A stretch of 64,000 nt of DNA, from assembly GCF_006345805.1 (NCBI RefSeq), contig NC_042998.1:107074001-107138000 (forward strand), written 5' to 3'. Positions 28,191 to 39,082 of this stretch are shown here, one piece after another. Under the pieces are notes generated by a model, which made no database searches, was not told the DNA's origin, and worked only from the letters and a program-made list of their open reading frames with translations. Position 1 is the stretch's first letter, and every line of letters starts with the position of its first letter. The DNA is from Octopus sinensis (lineage: Eukaryota). The position numbers and the translations under genes are program-made.

Positions 28191-28390
28191 CAAATATATA
28201 TAACGTGACAAATTGATTATATATAATCGATTTGAGCAATGATACAGTTAATAATATTACTAAGATAACGAAATCACAAAGTAAGCATGTGATTGGATGT
28301 TTATGCAATGACAAAAACTACAAAAAAACAAATTCATAAAAATAAAATGAATATAAATATAAATAAATAACCATGTAAATCAATACTTAC

Positions 28391-28474
28391 CTGATGGTAT
28401 TTTAAGTCATTCACAAAACAGCGTTCTTGTTCAAGTACTACTAAATGTTGCAGAAAGAAGAACAGTAACGACAT
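28391..28474 (-). CDS. Candidate host-gene exon (MSLLFFFLQHLVVLEQERCFVNDLKYHQ, or the 50-nt form 28391-28440)
   Basis: Perfect donor CAG|GTAAGTAT at 28391/28390. Either an in-frame ATG at 28474 or a pyrimidine-rich TAG acceptor at 28441. No recognisable homology. Confidence 0.28.
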
Positions 28475-28561
28475 GAATGAGGAAGTGAGGAAGCGAGTGA
28501 AATATATAATGTGAAAAGCAAATAACGTTCAAAACGCTGTCAGAAACACCTTTAACTCAAG

Positions 28562-28770
28562 ACGGCGAGCTGGCAGAAACGTTAGCACTCCGGCCAAAAT
28601 GCTTAGCGGTATTTCGCTTGTCTTTACGTTCTGGGTTCAAATTCCGCCGATGTCGTCTTTGCCTTTCGGCGTGGATAAATTAAGTACCAGTTGCGTACTG
28701 GGGTCGATCTAATCGACTGGCCTCTCTCCAAAAATCTTAGGCCCTGTGCCTAGAGTAGAAAAAAAAAAGA
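28562..28770 (+). mobile_element. SINE-B (tRNA-derived)
   Basis: ggcgagctggcagaaacgttagc head, gggttcaaattcc B-box, gcctttc...gataaattaagtacc core, A-rich tail. Confidence 0.88.
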
Positions 28771-29707
28771 AACACCCTCTATTCATTAAAATGTTTGACA
28801 AGAAATATCATAGTCAGAAATTTCCATCATGGATTATGATCAACCAGAAATTTACAGCACTATCATATTCTATGTTTATATATTCATTTTTTCTTCTGTT
28901 CTTTCTTTGTCGCGTTGCATGCTGTTTTATGAATGGCGATCGTTTCTGACACTGTTAAGCGAGTTATCGTTATTTATTTTCTTACTCTATAATATTGCTC
29001 TCTCACTTTCTTTGCAACTAATTACGTTCTTTCTTATTATAGTATTATGTAGTATTTCAGCATAGATGATATTTTATGAAGGCTTAAAATATCTGAAATT
29101 ATGTTTTTATTCATTTATTTGATATCTATTCATTTGTGTTTTATTTTAGTTAGATGATGTTATCTTTACACGTATAACCAATCAAATGCTTCCTTTTTCT
29201 TTTTGTTTCTGTTATCTGAAAATTCTTATTAACGGTTTTCAGGATCATTAAACAAATTGCTTTCATAGATAGGAGGCGTGAACATTCAAAGTCACTTAGT
29301 TTTAACAAATATATTTTGACACTACTTTTCCTTCTGAAGTCTTTAACTTCAAGCGATTACATAAATCTATTTATATAATAAATATGTGTGTGTGTGGTGT
29401 GTGCGTTGTGTATGTACGAGTGTGTTAAATAAGTAATACAGTATATATAATGCATAAATATTTATGACATAAACATAATTCTGCTCATCTATTAAGTATT
29501 CTATTTCATATTTCCGCATAATTCTCGTGTAGTTCGCTAAAAACAATAGCGTACTGAAATCCATGAACAGACTTCTACAATCTCCACAAACGCTTATTAA
29601 CGTATGTATGTGCTTCTTTTTATGGTAAAACAAATGTCATTAAGGTAGATTTTATTACCCGAATTAGTGAAAATAAGTTTTAAAGTTCATGATTCCTACT
29701 GTAATAT

Positions 29708-29912
29708 TAATTTCAAATTTTGGCACAAAACCAGCAATTTCGGCGGAAGGTATAAATCGATTACATCAATCCCAGCACTGAACTGGTTTTATCGATCCCG
29801 AAAGGATAAAAGGCAAAGTAGACCTCGACGGAATTTGAACTCAAAACGTAAGACGGATGAAATACAACTAAACATTTTGCCCGGCGTGCTGACGATTCTG
29901 CAGTTCACCACC
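29708..29912 (-). mobile_element. SINE-B
   Basis: Reverse complement of the same family. Confidence 0.82.
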
Positions 29913-30127
29913 TTCCTTCTACTGTAATATTACGAGCCCTACAAATACATTATTCTCTCGCAGGCTCATAATGCCAAAAATAAATAGCACAATGCTAAAA
30001 TATAAACAGAAGAAACATTATAATTCATATATTCAACAACTAAATTGCAAAATAAAATATATGTATGTATGTGTTTGGGTGTGTTTTGAAAGGTGCGTAC
30101 TCCAGTGATTAATATGCTTGGCGATGA

Positions 30128-30620
30128 AGGCGGCGAGCTAACAGAAACGTTAGCACGCTGGGCGAAATGCTTAGCGGTGTTTCGTCTGTCTTTAAGTTCT
30201 GAGTTCAAATTCCGCCGAAGTCGACTTTGCGTTTCATCCTTTCGGGGTCGATAAATTAAATACCAGTTACACACCGAGGTCGATAGAATCGACTTGATCC
30301 CTTTGTCTGTCCTTGTTTGTCCCCTCTTTGTTTATCCCCTTGTGGGCTATAAAGAAATAAGAAACGTTAGCACGCCGGGTGAAATGTTTAGCGGTATTTC
30401 GTCTGTTTTTACCTTCTGAGTTCAAATTCTGCCGAGGTCGACTTTGCCTTTCATCCTTTCGGGGTCGATAAATTAAGCACCAGTTGCGCACTGGGATCGA
30501 TTTAATCGACTTTTCCCCTCCCCCAAAATTTCGGGCCTTGTGCCTAGAGAAAAAAAGAATGTTTGGCGATGCAGAAACGTTAGCACGCCGGGCAAAATAC
30601 TTAGCGGTATTTTGTCTGAG
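30128..30620 (+). mobile_element. Three SINE-B copies head-to-tail (30128-30358, 30360-30560, partial 30570-30620)
   Basis: Repeated gaaacgttagcacg...gagttcaaattc...catcctttcggggtcgataaa. Confidence 0.88.
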
Positions 30621-31379
30621 TAGAAAAGAATATGTTTGGTGATGAACACAAGGTCTTGGTTTCGATTCCATAACCGGGTGACATGTTGAGTCCTTTAAAG
30701 GAACTTCATTTCATGTTAAATCAGCTGAAAATCATCCACAGTCAAATGTTAGTGCAGCCCTCTCTCGTTCCAGCTCACATCTTCGATATTCTGTCAGATC
30801 AAGGGAGAGTGGGCCGAAAGTGTTGTCCATATCTGCTCGCCGCAATAGAGTCACTTTAAACAATTAGCGAAAGTATTATAGATGTTAAGAAGTCACACTC
30901 GTTTGCATGTGAGGGCTATGATGTATATAACGTGTTAGAAATGGGTGAAACTACGAAGAGTCGAAGGTATAAACAAAGTAATTCATCAATTCCATTGAAA
31001 ATATTTATAGATCAAATTTTGCGTGCCTCTGTGTGTGTGTGTGTGTTGTGTGTACATGCGTGCATGTGTGTGGATGTATAAACGGATGAACAGACAGAAC
31101 AGTATGCATACATACATAAACATACATGTGTGCGTGTGCGTGTGCGTGCGCGCGCGCGTGTGCGAAGTTTGTAGTGAATGACATAAAATATGCCTCAGAT
31201 CAAATCCAAATGGGTATAAATCCGTTTGGATTTCAGTTAAATGGTTTTCTGCTACAAAGGAATGTATAAACTCTCCCCCAACAAATACGAGTATAAAAAT
31301 ACATTAACATAGGTGTAAGTGTCGATGCACTATAAAAGATTCTTTTTCATCCCAGATACCTGTCCCAATAAAGACACAT

Positions 31380-31422
31380 ATATACACGTGCCTGTATGTA
31401 TGTATGTATGTATGTATAGACT

Positions 31423-31490
<68 letters not shown>

Positions 31491-31570
31491 CACATATATG
31501 CATATATATATTATATATATATATATATATTATATATATATATATCTATATATATATATTATATATACAT
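31380..31570. repeat. (TATG)/(GATA)/(TA)n microsatellite
   Basis: Direct reading. Confidence 0.92.
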
Positions 31571-31679
31571 TACAGGTTTTAGCCAGAAGCTGAGGCCATG
31601 CTAGTGCACCGCCTTTACTGCAGCCGGGGATTTTTCCAGTATTGCTTCTGGTATATATATATATATACATATATATATC

Positions 31680-32060
31680 ATTTATAAGTAAGGGCAAAAG
31701 AAAAAATTTCTAATGCCAAAATATGCCGAAAATAGACACAACGTCAATAACCATGTAAGTTATCACTACAAGCACGCGTTTCGAAGAAAGCCAACGGAAA
31801 TTTCTAAAAAATTCCGTTATTACCATATCGGACCCGATTTCAGAGTTAGTTCATAAGAACCTTCCCTCCTCAGTGATAAACGCGGCAAAGAAATAAGTTA
31901 AATACTTACTTATGCCCATGGAAAAAGTGAACACTATGTCATGAGCACAACTAAGTACCCCAAATATATACAAAATAGAAACTCTTTAGCCCATCTCGAG
32001 ACACGTGCGATTCGAACTAGAAAACTCTCGTAAAGTGAGAGAATCCAGAATGTTAATTTA
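31680..32060 (-). mobile_element. Family-B hammerhead element
   Basis: Collinear with 38780-39080 and with the reverse complement of 62600-62990; 3' end abuts (TA)n. Confidence 0.82.
31820..31879 (-). ncRNA. Type I hammerhead ribozyme (family B)
   Basis: TTATCA-CTGAGGA-stem II (GGTTC/GAACT, loop TTAT)-GAAA-TCG(GGTC)CGA-TA^TGGTAA; AUA cleavage triplet; 6-bp stem I. Confidence 0.75.
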
Positions 32061-33057
32061 ATAGTATTGTTTAACAGCATCACTATTTTTACTTTGTGTC
32101 CGATTTTAACCAAAACCAATATACAATTGATCGATCCTAGCGTAGCGTCAGCAAATGGGGGCGCAAAACAGTAAACACCCATTAGCCTGAATACAAGGTT
32201 TCGAATCCCAAAGGAAGCTCGTTACTTCAACTTTTGACTTACTTTTATCATTTTTGTTGCTTCTATTTTGGCTGAGCCCAATTAACTGTGTTTCCGCCTT
32301 TTACTGTGTTGTTATAAATTATTTCGTTTGATTTATATTTCTTAACAAACAAATTTTCTTTACTTAATCATAATTGGACTGATGTGTTTCCAAAACAGAA
32401 CTCACCAGTGTATATAATTAAGTAAATAAAAGCAGGCCAGAATATGTATGGTATTCATGTAAGATATTAATACTGGCAAATACAATTATACGAGTTTATG
32501 TACATATACAGTCGTAAACAGATACCGATACGTCTGTATATGTATGAATGGATTAATGAATAAATGCAGGCATGTACATACACGTTATAAGGCATGTAAA
32601 CATGTGATTACAAAGACATGCTTACAAATAAATATAATTGTTTCTAATTTAGACAGAAAACCAGCAATTATGAGGGAAGGTGTTCGTCTTATGATTTAAT
32701 TTACTAACTACAGTGGGATAAAATGCAAAGTCAACCGCTCCATTAGGACAACCACCACTAGATTAAACGGAAGATTAGATCAACAGAAATTTTTCCAATT
32801 TCTATTGGTTGCAGTTCTAGTGATGTCTTCAGTATACGTGATTTTCTCATTGAACCTGCTTCTGGAAAGTGCATCGTTGTAACAATTACTGAAATCAGTA
32901 AAAAAATTAGTTTGTTAGCTGAGAGATTAGACAGTCTACTAAGTACGATATCGTTAACTAGGAATGCTGATGATATTTTTAGAGTATTTCCATTATCTGT
33001 GGACAAAACTTAAAGAATCCTCGGGTTTACTTACAATTAAGATTTAGTACACACTCA

Positions 33058-33068
33058 CTCACACACAC

Positions 33069-33108
<40 letters not shown>

Positions 33109-33127
33109 TGCATACATATATATATAT

Positions 33128-33208
<81 letters not shown>
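33058..33208. repeat. (CA)n(TA)n microsatellite
   Basis: Direct reading. Confidence 0.95.
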
Positions 33209-33210
<2 letters not shown>

Positions 33211-33459
33211 TTGCTATTATGTTAAACTGTTGTATGCCTAAATTTGGCCAAATGAGATTTTTTCAATATTTATTTTTGCTTGCCATAGCTGATTCTTTTT
33301 GTCAAACAGTATCTCCAGCTGTTTCAGGTGTCAAGATATCAAAAATTGTCAAAGTGTGGTACAACGGTTTTGCTATGGAACGGTGAAATTATTTTTTCCT
33401 TTTCTGAAAAAAAATCAACGTTTTGGACTTACGACACTTTTGCTTAATAGCTCTTACAA

Positions 33460-33998
33460 CATTATGGCTGGGTGTTGAGGCAGTTACTCAATAACTCAAA
33501 TGTGGACGTAATATACCTTGATTTTGCAAAAGCTTTTGACAAAGTGGATATGCCACAAACTGTGTGATCTCGGCATAGCTGGAAAACTTGGAGAGCGGTT
33601 ACATGACTTTAGATAGAAGTCAGGCAGTAGTGGCCAATGGAGCCACCTCAATGAAAACATAAATAGTGAGCGGTGTTCCACAGGGCACTGTCTTGGGACC
33701 ACTGCTTTTCATAGTGGCCCTATTAGATATGCCCTCAACTACCCGGATAGTCTCGCAGAAAATACAGCATGTCCTCAGCCTCTGTGCCAAAGATCCCATT
33801 AATGCCATCGCGCTTCAGGACCAGTTACTGCAACAGCCTGAGTTTCAGGAGCCAACAGCTTTTTAATATTCTCCCAAAGAGCCTGAGGAACATACACAAG
33901 GTAGATGTTGGCGTTTTTAAATCAAGGCTGGACCTCTTCCTGTCGAGAATCCCAGACAAATCTACCTCACGGCAAGAGGTGCAAATGAGGGTAACTAC
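33460..33998 (+). mobile_element. CR1-clade LINE fragment, internally deleted
   Basis: NVDVIYLDFAKAFDKVD, SGVPQGTVLGPLLFI, C-terminal FNILPKSLRN...FKSRLDLFLSRIPD. Confidence 0.85.
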
Positions 33999-34054
33999 AT
34001 CAAATTTATATATATATATCTTGGAAGGTTTGGAGGTGATGTACAGGTATTATA

Positions 34055-34306
34055 TATTAGACAAAATAAGGTACTCAGAAATCTGGATGGTTTTATATTT
34101 ATAGATTTTTATTAATATGTCACATGTTTTTATAAATCATATAATAGCGCTTGCATCCACTCTTGGGAACACCGCTCTTCAATCTGAAGGATCCACTAGA
34201 GTGGATACAAACGCTAATATATGATTTATAAAAACATGTGACATATTAATAAAAATCTGTAAATATAAAACCATCCAGATGTTTGAGTACCTTATTTCTT
34301 CTAATA
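34055..34306. mobile_element. Fold-back element (family D) between TA/GATA tracts
   Basis: 34055-34163 is inverted relative to 34198-34306; a related fragment lies at ~27910-27990. Confidence 0.7.
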
Positions 34307-34309
34307 TAT

Positions 34310-34416
<107 letters not shown>

Positions 34417-34787
34417 TTCAGTCTTATCAAACGATCGATCTATCGACTGAAAATATAGGAGACCGCCACCATAAGATATTTTCTTCAGAGTCGCAATGAA
34501 GCAACTTTGGCAGTTAAGAACGAACAATGAACCCACCTAAACGCATATCTGAAACAGATGTAAGCCTCTAACAAATAAATAAATGTATATAGCCCATTAT
34601 TTCTATTTTCTGTAAAAATGTACCATCTTAACTTCGTAACAGAGCAATGGATTTATAAATTTGACAAGTGACGGACATGGATTGCGGATTACCTGGAGTA
34701 CAATACTAATCACAGGACTTGTTTGTTAGCCTGGTGTAGTTTTATCTTCAGAAAGATTAAGAAGTATTTCGCCTGGATTACTAATCC

Positions 34788-34864
<77 letters not shown>

Positions 34865-34963
34865 CACATCTATTTTAATATGTGTGTGTATACATGCATC
34901 TACTTTAATATATACATATATTTATAGACAGGCTGACAGATAGATAGACAGATAGATAGCTAT

Positions 34964-35047
<84 letters not shown>

Positions 35048-35521
35048 ATACTTGTATTTTAATAGTTCGCTTAGGCGAATCAATACTAATAATCAAGTAT
35101 AGAGTGTAATATAGGATTAAATAAATGACAAGGAAACAGGAAATTATGCAATGAACTTCATTAGCATACAACTGCTTCTATGACTGTATATATACATGAA
35201 TGCAATACATTCAGAGCTTTTGTATCACTTTATAACTTCTTTGGAGCTTCTAATATGAAGTACATGCTTAATGGGAAAACATTTACATATATATAAAACA
35301 ACACCGTCGACATCAGAAATGGAGAATAGAATTTGAAGGATAACAGCCACTCCCAGAAATATGTAGACTTACATAATTTTATGTATTTATATACATAGAC
35401 GCATGATGGACCCCTATGTAAATAACTATTCGCACGCATGCATAAAAGCTAAACAAAATATCTATGCTAATACATATTGTACATACGACTAACTGTATCT
35501 TTATCGTTCTCTTTTTGCTCT

Positions 35522-35594
<73 letters not shown>

Positions 35595-36307
35595 GATTCT
35601 TTCTGTGTTTCAATTGGCTTTTTCTTGTCTCGGTTCTTGCATTCAATCATATTTATTGGGTATTAACATAGTATTGTATCGAGCTTTTATGTGTACATAA
35701 GAATAATTATTTACATAAAGATTGATAATGCGCCTGTGTATAAGCATACACACAATTCTCTAAATCTACATATTTCTGGGAGTAGCTTTTATTCTTCGAA
35801 CTCTTCATTTCTTACATATCTTTGAATTTTTAACGGTGATATTTTCCATACATGTAAATGCTTTTCGAAATGTGGTTGCTTACCAACCACATGGTTCCGG
35901 GTTCAATCCCACTGCGTGGCACCTTGGTCAAATGTCTTCTACTATAGCCTCGGGCCAACCAAAGCCTTGTGTGTGGATTTGGTAGACGGAAACTGAAAGA
36001 GGCCCGTCGTATGTATGTAGTATGTAGTATATATGTTTATATATATATATATATAGATATATATATAATATATTATAATATATATATATATATATATATA
36101 ACAATGATAAATATCAAGTGAGTTATATACAGTAGCGGTAACACATCGTGACGTATTTTTGCCATTCAATATGGCTACCCCTAAGGTGTGATGCTACTGT
36201 AGTTTTAGCCCCAGGAGGACACACTCTCCAGCTGGCCATAGACAACACTATCTGTGTCCTGTCTGTATTTGCAAAGGGAAGTCATCCTTCCGTCTTCACT
36301 TATGATA

Positions 36308-36352
36308 CACACGGACTCGAGTTTCGAGGTATTGACCTCTCGTCAGCGTGTG
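36308..36352 (-). ncRNA. Type I hammerhead ribozyme (family A, inverted copy)
   Basis: Exact reverse complement of the motif at 36722-36766. Confidence 0.92.
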
Positions 36353-36721
36353 ACAATCATAGTTGTCGCCGAGAATTAGATTTCCTTCACAAATATTATA
36401 CTTTTTCCAGCGTCCACTGTCGCTGATATTGAAAAAGTGAAATCAAACAATGATAATATCAAAGTGAGTTATATACAGTAGCGGTAACACATCGTGACGT
36501 ATTTTTGCCATTTGTGCTAAAAACTACAGTAGCATCCACCCTTAGGGGTTAGCCATATTGAAATGGCAAAAATACGTCACGATGTGTTACCGCTACTGTA
36601 TATAACTCACTTTGATATTATCATTGTTTGATTTCACTTTTTCATATCAGCGACAGTGGACGCTGGAAAAAGTATAAGTATTTGTGAAGGAAATCTAATT
36701 CTCGGCGACAACTATGATTGT

Positions 36722-36766
36722 CACACGCTGACGAGAGGTCAATACCTCGAAACTCGAGTCCGTGTG
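36722..36766 (+). ncRNA. Type I hammerhead ribozyme (family A)
   Basis: CACACG-CTGACGA-GAGGT(CAAT)ACCTC-GAAA-CTCGA-GTC^CGTGTG. All core nucleotides are canonical; stem I is 6 bp and stem II is 5 bp. Confidence 0.93.
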
Positions 36767-37073
36767 TATCATAAGTGAAGACGGGAAGGATGACTTCCCT
36801 TTGCAAATACTGACAGGACACAGATAGTGTTGTCTATGGCCAGCTGGAGGAGTGTGTCCTCCTGGGGCTAAAAACTACAGTAGCATCCACCCTTAGGGGT
36901 TAGCCATATTGAAATGGCAAAAATACGTCACGATGTGTTACCGCTACTGTATATAACTCACTTTGATATTATCATTGTTTGATTTCACTTTTTCAATATC
37001 AGCGACAGTGGACGCTGGAAAAAGTATAAGTATTTGTGAAGGAAATCTAATTCTCGGCGACAACTATGATTGT

Positions 37074-37118
37074 CACACGCTGACGAGAGGTCAATACCTC
37101 GAAACTCGAGTCCGTGTG
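37074..37118 (+). ncRNA. Type I hammerhead ribozyme (family A)
   Basis: Identical motif. Confidence 0.93.
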
Positions 37119-37423
37119 TATCATAAGTTGAAGACGGGAAGGATGACTTCCCTTTGCAAATACTGACAGGACACAGATAGTGTTGTCTATGGCCAGCTGG
37201 AGGAGTGTGTCCGCCTGGGGAAAAAAACTACAGTAGCATCCACCCTTAGGGGTAGCCATATTGAAATGGCAAAAATACGTCACGATGTGTTACCGCTACT
37301 GTATATAACTCACTTTGATATTTATCATTGTTTGATTTCACTTTTCATATCAGCGACAGTGGACGCTGGAAAAAGTATAAGTATTGTGAAGGAAATCTAA
37401 TTCTCGGCGACAACTATGATTGT

Positions 37424-37468
37424 CACACGCTGACGAGAGGTCAATACCTCGAAACTCGAGTCCGTGTG
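37424..37468 (+). ncRNA. Type I hammerhead ribozyme (family A)
   Basis: Identical motif. Confidence 0.93.
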
Positions 37469-37631
37469 TATCATAAGTTGAAGACGGGAAGGATGACTTC
37501 CTTTGCAAATACTGACAGGACACAGATAGTGTCGTCTATGGCCAGCTGGAGGAGTGTGTCCTCCTGGGGCTAAAAACTACAGTAGCATCCACCCTTAGGG
37601 GTTAGCCATATGAAATGCAAAAATACGTCAC

Positions 37632-37668
<37 letters not shown>

Positions 37669-37861
37669 TTGTGTCTGTGTACCCCCAACATCGCTTGACA
37701 ACCGATGCTGGTGTGTTTACGTCCCCGTAACTTCGCGGTTCGGCAAAGGAGACCGATAGAATAAGTACTAGGCTTACAAAGAATAAGTACTGGGGTCGAT
37801 TTGGTCGACTAAAGGCGGGCTCCCGCATGGTCGCAGTCAAATGACTGAACAAGTAAAAGAG

Positions 37862-37900
<39 letters not shown>

Positions 37901-38327
37901 AAATTTAGAGGACTAAAAAATTTTTAATCTTCGGATTTTTTAAAAATATACTAGGCCATTGGTTTTAATTGATTAATATCAATTTCTACCCTTATTTAAT
38001 TGCATATATATATATATATATATACATATTTATAGGTAAAAAAATCAATGAGTGCGTGCGTTACATAAACAATATTTTCAGGATTAAGTAAAAAGAAGAC
38101 AACAAACGAAAAATAAGACAACATACCTATATATATTTATATATATATAATCAACATACCTATATATATTTATTTATATATATATATAATCAAAATAAGC
38201 AACAAGGATATCCTTGTTGCTTATTTCGATTATAATCACCCCATTTGACTTATATGGATAATAGCATACCAAATTCTGGTGCCTTTAGATTCATCTGAAT
38301 CTAAATTTTGTGAACTTTATATGTATA

Positions 38328-38427
<100 letters not shown>

Positions 38428-38466
38428 AAGTTCAGCAAAAAAAAATATAATATTATATATAAACCC

Positions 38467-38686
38467 GTAGTAAATAAACAAACGAACATCTACTAGATAC
38501 AAAAGCCGAACAGAAAGCGCAGGTCACCGACTCTTCATCAGTTATCGGCCAAAGAGTCAAACGCGATTTCCCCCATTATCGATAACATTGTGTTTGACCC
38601 TCGGCGGCGATAACTGATGAAGAGTGGGTGACCTGTGTTTTCTGTTCGCCTGTCTATTTAGTATATGTTCGTTGTTTATTTACTAC
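38467..38686. repeat. Imperfect fold-back (family E) between TA tracts
   Basis: ~100-bp diverged inverted arms; both carry gataactgatgaagagt. Confidence 0.75.
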
Positions 38687-38699
38687 ACGTTTTTTAATC

Positions 38700-38734
<35 letters not shown>

Positions 38735-38769
38735 TCTATATATATATTATAATATATATATATAATAAA

Positions 38770-39082
38770 CAACTTATAAACAGAGCAAAAGAAAAAATTT
38801 CTAATGCCAAATACACCGAAATTAGACACATCGTCCATAACCATATAATTCATCACTATAAATACGCGTCTCGAAGAAAGCCGACAGAAATTTCTAAACA
38901 AATTCCGTTATTACGATATCGGACCCGATTTCAGAGTTAGTCCATAAGAACCTTCTTTTCGTCAGTGATAAATGCGGCAAAGGAATAAATGAAATACTTA
39001 TACCCATGGGAGAAGTAAACACTAAGTCATGAGCACAATTAAGTACCCCAAATATATCCAAAATAGAAATTCTCCAGCCCAT
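38770..39082 (-). mobile_element. Family-B hammerhead element, truncated, in (TA)n
   Basis: Collinear with 31690-32000. Confidence 0.82.
38911..38971 (-). ncRNA. Type I hammerhead ribozyme (family B), slightly decayed
   Basis: TTATCA-CTGACGA-...-GAAA-TCG(GGTC)CGA-TA^TCGTAA; one mismatch each in stems I and II. Confidence 0.65.

Larger units (their letters stand above)
36101..37631. repeat. Retrozyme-like array (family A): ~1.17 inverted monomers (36101-36513) plus ~3.2 direct ~351-bp monomers (36516-37631)
   Basis: Cleavage sites recur at 36760, 37112 and 37462 (periods 352 and 350). Monomers are near-identical with one hammerhead each and no recognisable protein ORF. (TA)n on both sides. 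Confidence 0.95.
35875..37862 (+). mobile_element. SINE-A split by the hammerhead array
   Basis: Head 35875-36012 (gcttaccaaccacatggttccgggttcaatccc); tail 37650-37862; internal TA tract holds the array. Confidence 0.88.

Noticed and set aside
28383-28393. ATACTTACCTG matching the U1 snRNA 5' end
   Set aside because: The match stops after 11 nt with no U1 stem-loops; it is better explained as a splice donor on the opposite strand.
36148-37573. Short repeated ORFs in the array (e.g. HTLTRGQYLETRVRVY)
   Set aside because: 60-90 aa, with start and stop disrupted by indels between copies. The conserved segment is simply the hammerhead sequence translated.
36516-37631. Array as a CRISPR locus
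   Set aside because: Units are ~351 bp with no unique spacers, there are no cas genes, and the context is eukaryotic.
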